A stretch of DNA of 64,000 nt from Octopus vulgaris (GCA_951406725.2 OX597817.1:128092001-128156000), one strand, 5' to 3'. Shown: positions 42,836-56,544, counted from the stretch's first letter. Notes: generated by a model from the sequence alone, not told the origin. Numbers and translations are program-made.

Positions 42836-43800
42836 ATCGCAAAGTTTGAGGAAAACCGGTCCATAGCGAGATTTCGAAGTCACTATCATCATATCATTTT
42901 TTTAAAAATAATGTAACAATTTTGAGTGATTATTTCTTAGGTAAATATAGTCATGTATGAGTGGTTTTATATTGAGTGATTACTTACTTAGGTAAATATC
43001 GTTACGTATGAGTTGTTTTATGTACGTGTATACATAAAAGCGATTATAAATTCAGCTGTATCTTTGATAGGTTCAACCCTAACCCACCACAAGCTACATC
43101 AACAATCTTTTCCAATTCTTTTTATTTTTTTCCATCTCTTTTCCCTCTCCTATCCTTCTCTTCTTCTCTTCTAATTTTTCATTGTCTTCTTTTCTTACAC
43201 TGCTTCATTATCATCATCTATTCTTTTTATATTTTTATAAACATATAACTATATACACATATATATACATATATATATATGCGTGTGTTTGTGTGTGTAT
43301 ACATATATATATATAGTTGTATAAGAAAAATAGAACAAAGAGACCCAAAGAAACACCAAATTCCAGAATCAAACCACGGCCTTATGTTTGCCTTCACTCT
43401 AGTGTATGTGTGTGTGCATGCGCATGTATGTGTGTGTGCGTGTGCATGTGTAAGTGCGCGCACGCGAACGAGTGTGTGTGTACGTCTACGCAAATGTCGG
43501 ACAGAGAGAATGAGTGCTCAATACGGCATGCTGGTTAAAAATTCTTTATTTTGGGGTTAGCAAGACTACCATTGGTTTCATGCTGAGAGAAGATTTCTCG
43601 GCAATTATGAAGCTTATCACATGGAATATTGGTACTCCTCTCCATCTTTGATGAGAATACCGAGATACAGACAAGTACCGATGTCCCATAAAGCAGGCTT
43701 GATAACTGCATGAAAACAGTGGTAGATTTGTTAACAAATAAACAACGTATACATACGTGTGTGTATGTACACACCCACACCCACACATACATACATACAT

Positions 43801-43837
<37 letters not shown>

Positions 43838-43986
43838 GATTTATATATATATATATGTATATATATAATTTATATTACTATATGATTGAACGCCACGCAT
43901 CCTCTTCCAAGTAAGTTTTATATATATATATATATAATTTATATTACTATATGATTGAACGCCACGCATCCTCTTCCAAGTAAGTT

Positions 43987-44033
<47 letters not shown>

Positions 44034-44365
44034 CTTTTGCGTAATGAGATAAAAGAAAAACAAGGCTGTGTAGATATTAGAACATTTATAGATAGAAGGT
44101 CTTACAGCTGTTTCTATGATATTTATTTATTATATCCCTTCATTGGAGACGGTGTGAGAGGATGATAAAGTTATAGTTAGTTTAGAGGTGATACAAAATA
44201 GTGAATGAGATGGAGGAAAGAAAATAGATACAAGATATGTAGGGATATTGAAGTTGTAGATCCATTTTTTAGGCAGAATGGTATATATGTAGGTTTACTA
44301 TGGTCTGTCTATAGCACTTATTCAGCATTACCTGACACCTTTCGGTCTCAATGACACCATTATCT

Positions 44366-44426
<61 letters not shown>

Positions 44427-45762
44427 ATACATATCTGCAGAAGATAGAAGCAGTCATAAAAGGTATTTCAAGGATTGCCAACATAGAAAATACCTGACCC
44501 ATTATCCCTGATTCCTAATCACTGCGGAACTGCTTGGTTGACCCAAATTGATGCAATTGGTACTGTCTGATTCCTTCTAATGTCCAAATAACTTTAAGTA
44601 GAAAAGCTAAAGTTGCTCCTGTTATTACTATTGAGAAGAAATGTTCAATTCGCAAAACTAGAGCTACGAATACTCTAAGAACAACATCCTCTCGTATATA
44701 TTTTGCATGTAAGACAAAGATTCCTGGCTCGGATATGCTTCACCAGCTAGCGTCGAACCCACTAGAATAGACATAGAAGCCAATCCTAAATCTTTGTAAT
44801 TCTAGCCAATAAAAGATGAACACACATTCAAACGCGGGCGTGCGCGCACACACACACACATACACACACACACCTACACCCACAAATAAATCTCATTATG
44901 TGTGTGATGGAGTGTTGACAGTTTTAATGTTAAGACCCGGGGCCTCCTCTGTAATTTGTTAAATTCTATACTTCTGCTACTGTACATATATCGTTTTTAC
45001 ACTGTCCTATCTTTGTGCTGTTCCTGACCGCCTTGCTTGTTTGTTGTATACATACATGTTTCATGTAATATTTATATTTAAATTATTATTTCTTTGAAAG
45101 TGAAAACTATGTCGCATTCGATTACTTTACTTCCGGTTACAGGTCCTTTTCCATCTATATTTTATTACTTTACAATGCACTTTATATATTATTCACGCCG
45201 TCATCAAATTCCCAATAACAAAAGATACAATGACCACGCATACCCATTCTTCTACCTTTCCCTCCTCCACATAATCTTCTTCTTCTTCTTCGTCATATCA
45301 TCATCATCATCGTCATCATCAGAAGCATCATCATCATTATTATTATTCCGATTTATCGGAATACCCTTCCAATCTTGACATCAAACAATCTCGTTCCAAT
45401 TGATTCATTGCATTGCCGTATCAAGTTATCTTCAGTTTAATGATGTCGTTTCCATAGCCCGAGAGAGAATCATCGTTCGTTTCCATTCACACTGAGCGCC
45501 AATTTCGTACCTGTTCATTCAATAAGCGCTACTTCAAATTCTCTTTGATCTGCAGTTGCAGCTGTCGTGTCTTGCAGTCTTCGACTAAAAGCGAACATTA
45601 TGAAGAATCACTTCTTTTACACAGAGAATAACGACTGAATGTAGACTATTAACAAAAGGGCAAACAGAAGGGATCAGTGTACAGTCAAACACAATATGCT
45701 TGATGCTTGTTCAAAGCATGTCTTATTAGATTTCTAATGGCGGCGATTTTATTGCTGTAGCG

Positions 45763-45841
<79 letters not shown>

Positions 45842-46007
45842 CTATGGGGCTGGTGTTGGTGGTGGTGTGAGTAGTAAATTACTTTTGTCGTGTTCTTCAT
45901 GGTAAACGAAGAACACGAAGCAGTGAGAATAAATTTAAAGCTACAGTGAGGAAACAGATATGTATGTATGCATATATTATATATATGTATGTATATATCT
46001 ATATATC

Positions 46008-46073
<66 letters not shown>

Positions 46074-48002
46074 TATATATGTCTCTCTCTCTATATATAT
46101 ATACATTATATATACATACATTATATATATGAGTATATATGTATTATATAGTATATCGTATTATATACACATACGGTGTATGTAATATCTGTATTTATAT
46201 GTATTTATTATATTTTATATGTATTCATATATGTGTGCGTGTGTGTTTGTGTGAGTGTGTGTTTGTTTATACATGTGTCTCTTATATACGCGTATACAAT
46301 TATATGCTCACTTATACACACACACGTACGTGTGTATGTATGTATGTATGTATGTATTCATGTATCTATGTATCTAGGTATGTACGTATATATGCATGCA
46401 CACATATATGTATGTAATCTTTGTATGTATATATGTGTGCATGCGTGTATGTATGCATGTATGTATGTACGTATATATGCATGCACACATATATGTGTGT
46501 AATCTTTGTATGTATATATGTGTGCATGCGTATATGTATGTATGAATGTATGTACGCATGTATGTATGTACGTATTTATGTATGTACAGTACTTTCATTT
46601 GTTTCTGAATTTGCACGACATCAGTTATTTTTGTGTTTGTAAATCGACTTCTTCCTCATTTCTTAAGTTTTCGTGCATTGACAGTAGTCAACTGTAATTG
46701 TGAGTCAGATACGTCGGAAATTTGATAATCGTCAGGGTAAGAGAAGCAGTCTCAGTGTCATTCGATTGGTTGTAACGTTGGTTAGGTGATATTCTCAAGT
46801 TGTTAGTAGTACGAGTGATGTTGTTCCTTCTTTTAACAGATATCTCCAGATGGTTCAGTAACTTCGGAGTTAATTACGATATAAGTCATATGGTTGGAAG
46901 CTGGATTTAATGTGTGATTGGTCACGATTTTGCCCAGCTTGTTGGTGAATTCGGTTTAGTACGGGACGTTAGCTATTTTGAAGATGCCCGACTGCAGATG
47001 CATTTGGATTGAGGTGAAGCGACAGATAATCTCTGTAGGGAAATATCAATATATTTCCGGTGTTTTTTAAATCTAGATTCTCAGCCTATAATTTTCGATG
47101 TGATGTTTGTGATTTACTTTGCTTCATTTGATTTCTGAATGCACTCTTTTGCTTTTGTCTTTATTTCTGAGATGGTGGTGGTAAAACGAGCTATTTAAAT
47201 AAGCTGTATTTTTTTTTTGTCTATATAGCTTTTGAATGTTTTTCTGTTAGGCCTATACAACTATATCAGTTATTTTGGAGCTACATCGATGCAGCAAACT
47301 ACATTTATTTTGAAAACCCTTTTCATTCATGGGCCATGCTTCTTAGTTGGTATAATATGTTTGTTTTTGCGTTGCTGTATGATACATACTTTGTGGTTCT
47401 TTATAATCACGACCATATTTCTCATAAAATAGTAAATTGTCACGATGTTATCCTTATTAAACATGTACTGCCATTTTCTGTACCGATCTGAGACCTCTTG
47501 CAAGTGGAGATTACATTTTTGTACATCTTTTCATATTGGTATTGTTTGATGAATTGTACTATATAACACTGATCTTTCTTGTGCTATTGGTGCGGCTACT
47601 ATTTTTCCGTTATTAGGTTTTCTGAAGGCAGGAACTATATTTTAGAGTCTCATTGTAGTGTAGAACAGCTTTATTGTCAGGTCATTTACCTGAAGACGAA
47701 GAGATTATCTTAATGATGCTGTTGGGTACTTGTTTGGCGATACTGGTTGATGGTTTTATGCTGTTTGGTTTATGACATGACTGAAGGCTATAAGAAGGCA
47801 AGCAATGACAGTGTTCTCTATACGTGGGTCCTGAGAGCATTAACCATGCCAAAGATAGCACCAAAGACAAGCAGATACATTAAACATACCACAGCTAAAT
47901 AGCTAAAACTTGTACTCACTCAGACAAAAGCAGGTAATGATAAGACTAACTTTATCGCAATTAAATTTGAAATGTTCTAAGAAATGCCCTCTTTTCCACT
48001 TT

Positions 48003-48109
<107 letters not shown>

Positions 48110-48434
48110 CGCTGATATCCTTAACCAATATAATAAATTATACTGCAGAATACGTGGAGGTTGTGAAGATACAATTAAACAAGCAGTCTGTAACTTAGCA
48201 GGTATTACTAACGAAGACTACATCTACTAGCAGGGTAGAGTTTGGTCTTTCGAACCCAAGTGTAAACAAGAGAGACAGAGAAAGGCAAAAACAAGGAAAA
48301 TGCCACTTATATTTGAACACTATACAAATATTCATTTAAAAAAACTTTTCTTTTAATTTTTCTAAATTTAATTATTTAATCGTTACAGTTGAAAAGGTCT
48401 CAAATGACTGAAACCGGTACTGAAATGTTTTTTC

Positions 48435-48494
<60 letters not shown>

Positions 48495-48589
48495 GTATAT
48501 ATGTATATATGCACCTCAGTTTGAAACTTCCTTATTGCCTTGTGCCTTCTTTCAGCTACCCGTACATCAATCGTCAGAGGATGCGATGG

Positions 48590-48879
48590 CTGCTCATTCT
48601 AACAACTTGGCATCCAGCCTCTCAAACTTGAGACCGCAGCTACAAACAACCACCGACACTACAGTAGCTGCCTCTAAGAAGGATAGACGGCAACGCCTCG
48701 CAGCTGCCAGAGACATGTTACCGGGCGGCATCATCCCCAGTCCCGACCATAGACTACCAGTGTCCAACCTGCGGGTGCCTGTGTAACTCCGGCTTTGGGA
48801 TGCGGTGCCACATGCGTTCCCACCACTGCTGACTGATGAGACCACAGATTACGTCTTCATCTGAGATCGATGGACTACC

Positions 48880-48945
<66 letters not shown>
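48590..48945 (+). mobile_element. RTE-clade LINE 3' end
   Basis: DRRQRLAAARD, then YQCPTCGCLCNSGFGMRCHMRSH* (terminal C2H2 finger), a short UTR and a (TAG)n tail. Confidence 0.7.
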
Positions 48946-49283
48946 ATAGTAGTAAATCGCATATACCAATGTCCCACACAACAGCGATCTAAACTGCAGT
49001 AAAAATATTATAAAATAAATAAGACTACTGATCGAGTGATGATCTCGTCACTCCGCCAATTTGGACGTATGGAGCGTTTGAAGGAAAGAATTTAAAGAAA
49101 AGAAAAATAATAAGAACAAGGGAAAACAACTTTTAAAAGTAAAAGAGCAAAAGAAGCTGCATCTATTTGCGATGGATGTGTGAATGTAATTTGACTCCCG
49201 GTATAGATTTTGCTTTGAAGTAAATGATCATTTTGATTTTGCTTGGGATTGGACAAATCTCTGTTGATTGCAAGATATAATTC

Positions 49284-49348
<65 letters not shown>

Positions 49349-49499
49349 GAAATGGAAGTAAAAGATCGCTAGCTCTGGTTGACGGACGTAAATGTGAAAC
49401 GAGAGACAGATACGCTAATTATAGACCGCTCAAGAACAATTTTTAGAACAAATATCATAAAAGCAAAGGTCGACCTGATTCAGACAGCAAATGTAGTCT

Positions 49500-49780
49500 T
49501 GTGGCGAGAGTCACGACACCTCCTGCGAGAGGGGACTTGACCGAACGACTATAAATAGTAGCGGTCTGAGAGAGAGATAGAAAGAGAGTAGGCGTTAATC
49601 GCAGGAAGTCGTAAGATTCCGTTTCGGTAGTTTCTCGGAATATCGTTGTTGGTTCGTATATAGTTCGTGGAGAGTTTGTTGGATTGTTACGTTGTTGATA
49701 TCCTTCTTCGTTATATGTCTTATTGTTACTACATGCAATAATAAATCTCTGAACGAGGTATAAACAGTAGTTGCACGACA
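49500..49780 (+). mobile_element. Possible solo LTR
   Basis: TGT...ACA ends, TATAAATA near 49550, AATAAA near 49740, CpG-rich. No clear target-site duplication. Confidence 0.4.
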
Positions 49781-50014
49781 ATGCGAAGTATATTTGCCAC
49801 TTAAATGTGGCTAACCCCTAAGGGTGAATGCTACTAGCTTGTAGCCCCAGGAGAACATCTTCTCCAGCTGGCTATTGACGCATTTTCTGTGCCCTATCAG
49901 TATTTGCAAAGGGAAACCATCCTTCCCATCGTCAACCTGACGTGATACGCACGGACCCTAAATACCACTAAGCATTTAGCCCGGCGTGCTAACGAATCTG
50001 CCTACTCACCGTTT

Positions 50015-50108
<94 letters not shown>

Positions 50109-50126
50109 AACAACAACAATAACAAT

Positions 50127-50167
<41 letters not shown>

Positions 50168-50404
50168 GAAGAGCACTCAGGGAACCCAAACTTTCGCCAT
50201 GGCAACACCAACGTCCTCTCAACGATTAGCCGGAGTTGATTTTTTAAATGAGAATATCTGAAATAACCTCAACTGCTCTCACAAATGGGAATACTAAAAA
50301 AATGAACCTCAAACATTAAGTAAAGTAAAAAAAAATACGGGGAATAATCCGGAACCCTTGTCCGGTACCTGATCGAACCCAATGGTAGTCATGGAATGTG
50401 AAGC

Positions 50405-50504
50405 NNNNNNNNNNNNNNNNNNNNNNNNNNNNNNNNNNNNNNNNNNNNNNNNNNNNNNNNNNNNNNNNNNNNNNNNNNNNNNNNNNNNNNNNNNNNNNNN
50501 NNNN
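50405..50504. other. Assembly gap (100 N)
   Basis: Run of n. Confidence 1.
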
Positions 50505-50978
50505 AGCCTGGGGAATGTGCTTGGTTGTCTTTTTAGGCGTAAATCATTCCAGTAAGGTTTTTAAATTCATTGAGTTTTAAATGCTGTGGGTAGTCAAGTG
50601 TATTGATGTTCTGAGGAAAGACCATTCAAATTGTCATAGTCTTCATCTTTAGCTGCCAATTATTCTATTTACCAGTTGCTTAATAAGTCACTAAATCTCT
50701 ACACTTTACTTGCAACAAATAACTACCAAATTCCATTAATTGATATGATTTTATTCTTTCACTTGTCTCTGTCGTTGGACTGTGAGTACCCTAAGACAAC
50801 TTTTTATAGGCCTGCATTTACTATGTGAACCACTAAAGGCAGTGGTTTGGCAGAATCCTTAAAGCATCAAACAAAACACTTTGTAAAATTTTTTCTGATT
50901 CTCTTCATTATGAATACAAACTCTGCCAAAGGCAACGTTGCCTTCCACTCTCCATAGATTGGTGAAATGAAGTATGAA

Positions 50979-51553
50979 GGCGGCAAGCTGGCAAAGATGT
51001 TAGCATGCCGAGCGAAATGTGTGGCTGTATTTCGTCTGCCGTTACATTCTGAGTTCAAATTCTGTCGAGGTCGACTTTGCCTTTCATCCTTTCAGGGTCG
51101 ATAAATTAAGTACCAGTTATACACTGGGGTCGATGTAATCGACTTAATCCGTTTGTCTGTCCTTGTTTGTCCTCTCTGTGTTTGGCCCCTTGTGGGTAGT
51201 AAAGAAATAGGTATTTCGTCTGCCGTTACGTTCTGAGTTCAAATTCCGCCGAGGTCGACTTTGCCTTTCATCCTTTCAAGGTCGATTAAATAAGTACCAG
51301 TTACGTACTGGGGTCGATGTAATCGACTTAATCCGTTTGTTTGTCCTCTCTGTGTTTGGCCCCTTGTGGGTAGTAAAGAAATAGGTATTTCGTCTGCCGT
51401 TACGTTCTGAGTTCAAATTCCGCTGAGGTCGACTTTGCCTTTCATCCTTTCGGGGTCGATAAATTAAGTACCAGTTACGCACTAGGGTCGATGTAATCGA
51501 CTTAATCCGTTTGTCCCCTCTGTGTTTAGCCCCTTGTGGGTAGTAAAGAAATA
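50979..51553 (+). mobile_element. tRNA-derived SINE with one head and three tandem bodies, bounded by a single 15-bp TSD
   Basis: TSD gaaatgaagtatgaa at 50964-78 and 51554-68; units start at 51027, 51211 and 51385. Central GTCGACTTTGCCTTTCATCCTTTCGGGGTCGATAAATTAAGTACCAG resembles the MetaSINE core (from recall). Confidence 0.85.
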
Positions 51554-52336
51554 GAAATGAAGTATGAACCCAGGACAGCAGAGCAATGTAACTGTTTTAG
51601 TATGAAACCAGCTGTCTTGCAGTATTTATTTCAGCTCAGATTTGCATTCTGAGTTTGCTCATAACAGCACTGGTGACAGGGTATATCAGCTCCCTTGCCT
51701 TTCCCTTTGACAACATTGGTGGCATGGAGCAGGAATATTTACAACATGAGGAGCATCCATTTCCCCAGAGTAAAAGTTGTTCTGACCTGTGTCCAAAAGA
51801 AGAATTTTCCACGTGCTGAGACATGGTCAATCATGATCAAAGGAAGCCCTAGAGGTCAAGCCAAGTGATATTTCTGGTTCTGGTTCTCATTTTAGTAACA
51901 TCATAAGGTAAAAATGTCAAAGTCAGCCATAAAGGGACATGATAAATGGAATGAAATACCACATAGTACCTTTGTTTGATGCATTTATTCTGCCATTCTT
52001 TGATGATACATACTTACATGCATACATAAACACATATATTATACATGCAAACATACAACTAAATAGAAAGAAAGAAAGATAGATAGATAAGTTTATAAGC
52101 TCAGTTGATACAAGATATGATGACTTCCACGCAGATTCCATCTTTCAAATTTCACTCTCATTAAACTCTTGTGACTTCAAGCTATGGTAGAAGATACTTG
52201 TCTCAGGTACAAACCAGAGGTATTGAAACTAGAACCATCTAGTTAAAAAAGAAAATTCTTAAATGCACATTTATACTGCTGCCCTTATATAATCACTTTC
52301 CCTTTTTCTTTTCTTTCTTTTTTTTTTTGTTATTAG

Positions 52337-52565
52337 AGTGAAACTTGAAAACAGTGAAACACGTCATGTTATCATATCAGGTCGTGTGATATACCAAGAA
52401 TTGGAACTCATGGACCCAGAAACAGAGAAAATTATGGAAAAGATTCAGTTTGGTTACTGCTATTATGGCTGTGATTTAATCCAGTTTGCCACTTTGTACA
52501 ACAATAGTCCGATTCCTGCAAAGTTTGTTGCTGTTGTTGATGAAAAGGCAGATGGGGAAGAAACT
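52337..52565 (+). CDS. CFAP47: CFAP47 internal exon (VKLENSETRHVIISGRVIYQELEL...FGYCYYG...LYNNSPIPAKFVAVVDEKADGEET)
   Basis: Polypyrimidine tract + AG (52335-36); GTGAGT donor at 52566, phase 0. Peptide resembles the recalled CFAP47 segment 'IHFGPVFFG...VYNNSPEPINWVAII..DAVGEE'. Confidence 0.85.
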
Positions 52566-52632
52566 GTGAGTTCTGATGATATTTCTTTGAATTTTTTCAC
52601 TACTACCCATTTGTTCTTCTCTTCCTCCTCCT

Positions 52633-52676
<44 letters not shown>

Positions 52677-52790
52677 TAATAATAATGATAATAATAATGA
52701 TAATAATAATAATAATAATAATGATAATAATAATAATAATAATAATGATAATAATAATAATAATATTAATAATAATAATGATAATGATAA

Positions 52791-53160
52791 TAAGAGCACT
52801 CAGACAGCACAAACCTCTGCCAAGGTAACACCAATGTCCTCTCAACAATTAGCCAGATATGATTTTTAAAATGAGAATATCTGAAATAATTTTGAATGCT
52901 CTCACAAACGTGAATACTAAAAATAAAACCGACCGCTCTCAAAAATTAAGTAAAAAAAAAAACAGAAAAATAATCCAGAATCCTTGTTTGGTACCATATC
53001 GATCCCAAAATCTAATCAGTTCGTGCAAGTCTCGAGATCAAACATCTCTGAAAGTTTCATACAACTCCATCCTGTGGTTCCTGAGATATCTTGTCCACAG
53101 ACAAACAAACAAACAAACATGACTGAAAACAATACCTCCACCTTCGCTAAGACGGAGGTA
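52791..53160. mobile_element. Helentron-associated (HINE/DINE-like) non-autonomous element; partial copy at 50167-50404 is cut by the gap
   Basis: Sub-terminal acctctgcc/acctccacc, (CAAA)n, terminal hairpin tacctcc...ggaggta, inserted in AAT tracts. Confidence 0.6.
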
Positions 53161-53195
53161 ATAATAACAATATCAAGACCAAATAGCCAGGAAGA

Positions 53196-53812
53196 CTGAA
53201 GAAGGGATCTTATTTCATCAGGACAATGCTCCAGCACCGAAGTCATTGGCTTCAACGTCTGTTGTGCATGACAGTAACTTTGAACTGGTTGATCACTCTC
53301 ACTATTTGACTATCATTTGTTCCCCAGCATGGAAAAATATTTGCTGGGAACCAATACCTATTTCTTTATTACCCACAAGGGGCTAAACACAGAGGGGACA
53401 AACAAGGACAGACATAGGTATTAAGTCGATTACATCGACCCCAGTGCGTAACTGGTACTTAATTTATCGACCCCAAAAGGATGAAAGGCAAAGTCGACCT
53501 CGGCAGAATTTGAACTCACAACATAACGCAGACGAAATACCGCAAAGCATTTCGCCCGGCGTGCTAATGTTTCTGCCAGCTCGCCGCCTGGGAACCAATA
53601 CCACCGTAATGATGATGCCATATCTGCTCTTGATCAATTGTTTTGCCCAACAGGTTGAAAGCTTCTTCACCAATGTGATCCAAGCACTGCAACACCAATG
53701 GAAGGAGTGTGTGGCCTGCAATGAGGACTACATGTTGAAAAATAAGCCTTATTTGGTTACATTCCATCAGAGCAGCTTGGTCAGCCTATGAACTTTCCAG
53801 CTGACCATCATA
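53196..53812 (+). mobile_element. Mariner transposase C-terminal remnant interrupted by a SINE
   Basis: ILFHQDNAPA..FELVDH..DYHLFPSM and ESFFTNVIQALQHQWKECV..DY. SINE at 53359-53587 (-) flanked by 15-bp TSD ctgggaaccaatacc (53344-58, 53588-602). Confidence 0.85.
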
Positions 53813-54014
53813 CATGCACGCATATATCTTTTACCTTGTATGCTTTACCTATTTCGGTTGTTTGACTGCGGCCATGCTGCGGCAATGCCCTGAAGAACTT
53901 TAGTCAGATGTATTGATCTCAGTACTTTGTTTTTCAAGCCTAGTACTTATTCTATCAATGTCTTTTGCTGCACCACTACCTTAATAATAATGTTTACATC
54001 CCCGTAAGTTAACA

Positions 54015-54061
<47 letters not shown>

Positions 54062-54846
54062 CTTTATCATTATTATCATTGAGGTGGCGAGCTGGCTGAG
54101 TCATTAGCAGACCAGGCAAAATACTTAGCAGTATATCAGCTGTCTTCAAGTTCTGTATTCAAATTCTGCTGAGGTTGACTTTGCCTTTTATCCTTTCGGG
54201 GTCAATAAATTAAGTACCAGTGATAAGCTGGGGTTGATGTAATTGACTAGTCCCATCCCCTTAATTTCAGTCCTTGTACCTATAGTAGAAAGGATTATCA
54301 TTATTATTACTATTATTATTATTGAGTGAGAGAGCAATACATACCATCAAAGTGACACTAGGGTACAAATATACAAAGCCCAATATACCCATCATGACTG
54401 CCCGTTTGATAAGGATAGACCAGGCACATGTATTACAACCATATGTGCACAACATGGTGACCTTACATCAAGATAAACAGTGCATGACCTTCCAAATGGG
54501 ACCCTGTTGGAATTTTCTTGAGGCTGAGTAGCCCATCCACTCAAAAGATGAGCAAAACACCCGTGTAACCAGAGGTGAATTATTCAAACCCCAAAGAATT
54601 CCTTTCAACACATGGCTATGATGCTCCCCCACTACTCCTACTTGTGCTCAGAGATGTACATATTGTTAACCACTAAGGGACATGCTCAACTGGTTAAGTC
54701 AAACAACTGACAAGCAAATCTGTGGTATTGAGCAGAATATTTGCTGTAGCCCATCTTTTATACAAAGACAAAACAATGTACATGATAACACTTCCAATCA
54801 TTAAGATCAGAAGGCATGAGAGCCATTGTCTGGTACTGCATCAGGG

Positions 54847-54880
<34 letters not shown>

Positions 54881-54938
54881 TGCTACTACTACTACTACTA
54901 CTACTACTTCTGTGGTCTAGGGGAGGAGATGTGATGTA

Positions 54939-55263
54939 AACATCCTGTCACTGACCCTAACCCTTACCCTAACCCTACACTAACCCTAACCCCAACCCTA
55001 ACCCTAACCCTAAATTTTAGCCTTTTGTTTTTTTTCCTTAATTGTTAAATTAATTTAATTGTTACACGTGTGTCTAAAATTATTCGTTTTTTTTTTGTTT
55101 TGAGATAAACGTGTATTGTTTAAACTATTTTCCATTGCTTAAGAAAAAAACAAAAGGCTAAAACGAAAGCAATGGAAAATAATTTAAACAATTAACAAAC
55201 AAGATAATTCTATAATTTTATACACACGCTTTCCGAACGTAAACATAGCAGTGAGAGGATGTT
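54939..55263. mobile_element. MITE-like element containing (CCCTAA)n
   Basis: TIR-like aacatcctgtcactg / cagtgagaggatgtt; degenerate telomeric hexamers at 54955-55013; nested internal inverted repeats. Confidence 0.55.
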
Positions 55264-55670
55264 GTCTCAGTGCCCAGGGGTTAATGAAATAAAATACCAG
55301 CCAAGAACTAGAGCTCATGATATTGACTTTCTCTCCCATCAAAATTACTGTCCTTGGCAGTGAGCTAGCAGATTCGTTAGCATGCCGGACAAAATTTTTA
55401 GTGGTATTTTGTCTGCCGCTATGTTCTGAGTTCAAATTCCACCATGATCGACTTTGCCCTCCATCCTTTTGGGGTTGATAAATTAAGTACCAGTGAAACA
55501 CTGGGGTCAATGTAGTTGACTAATCCCCTCTCCACAAATTTCAGGTCTTGTACCTATGGTAGAAAGAATTATTATTTTATTACTGATGCAACTGTCATTA
55601 TATTGTCAATTTTGGGCATTCTTTTGAGTAATTACTATAATTAAAACTGGAATGATCTCTTCTTCTGTAG

Positions 55671-55831
55671 GAATGTAACATCACTGAGCCTGCAAGTTTG
55701 GTGTTGATGAAGAAAGCTGGATTGGCTGAAGGGAAGAGCAACGTGCATTCAGGCCTGCTTGATATCCTTCCATATGAAGGTACATTGACACCCTATGAGA
55801 AAATACTAGTTGCTTTCTTATTCAAACCTAG
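55671..55831 (+). CDS. CFAP47: CFAP47 internal exon (ECNITEPASLVLMKKAG...DILPYEGTLTPYEKILVAFLFKP)
   Basis: tcttctgtag acceptor and GTAAGA donor; phase 0 in, phase 2 out, compatible with both neighbours. Resembles CFAP47 'LPNEGTLQPYQKTVITFCFTP'. Absent from the ORF track. Confidence 0.85.
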
Positions 55832-56011
55832 GTAAGACAGAAAAAGAGAAAGTCATTCATTACTTAACATTGGTTATGTTGAATTCATTGTTTTCTTTCT
55901 GGAAAGTTTGTAAGAATAACTACTAAGGGAATCACTGCCTTGCTGTATAGTTTTTCCTTGAATTACATACATACATCTGCAAACACACACACATATATAA
56001 ACATATATGTA

Positions 56012-56063
<52 letters not shown>

Positions 56064-56099
56064 TATATATATATAGATAGATAGACAGATAGATATATA

Positions 56100-56482
56100 G
56101 GCATAGGAGTGGCTATGTGATAAGTAGCTTCCTTACCAATCACATGGTTCCAGGTTCAGTCCCACTGCGTGACACCTTGGGCAAATGTCTTCTACTATAG
56201 CCTCAGGTTGACCAAAGCCTTGTGAGTTGATTTGGTAGACGGAAACTGAAAGAAGCCCATCATATATATATATGTATGTGTTTGTGTGTCTGTGTTTGTC
56301 CCCACAACATCGCTTGACAACCGATGCTGGTGTGTTTATGTCCCCGTAACTTAGCAGGTCGGCAAAAGAGACCGATAGAATAAATACTAGGCTTACAAAG
56401 AATAAGTCCTGGGGTCGATTTGCTCGACTAAAGGCAGTGCTCCAGCATGGCCACAGTCAAATGACTGAAACAAGTAAAAGAG
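56100..56482 (+). mobile_element. tRNA-derived SINE, third family. Related copies at 23998-24162(+), ~18760-18870(-), ~3200-3410(-), ~16150-16340(-)
   Basis: ggagtggctgtgtggtaag-type head, ggttcagtccc B box, accttgggcaa body, internal (TA)/(TG) tract, tail gactgaaacaagtaaaaga. Confidence 0.75.
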
Positions 56483-56504
56483 TATATATATATATATATA
56501 TATA

Positions 56505-56544
<40 letters not shown>

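Noticed and set aside
43858-43987. ~60-bp tandem duplication between TA tracts; similar 20-30-bp duplication at 2487-2545
   Set aside because: Adequately explained by microsatellite-mediated slippage.
51027-51553. Regular repeats superficially like a CRISPR array
   Set aside because: Eukaryotic context, 170-184-bp near-identical SINE bodies, no unique spacers and no cas genes.
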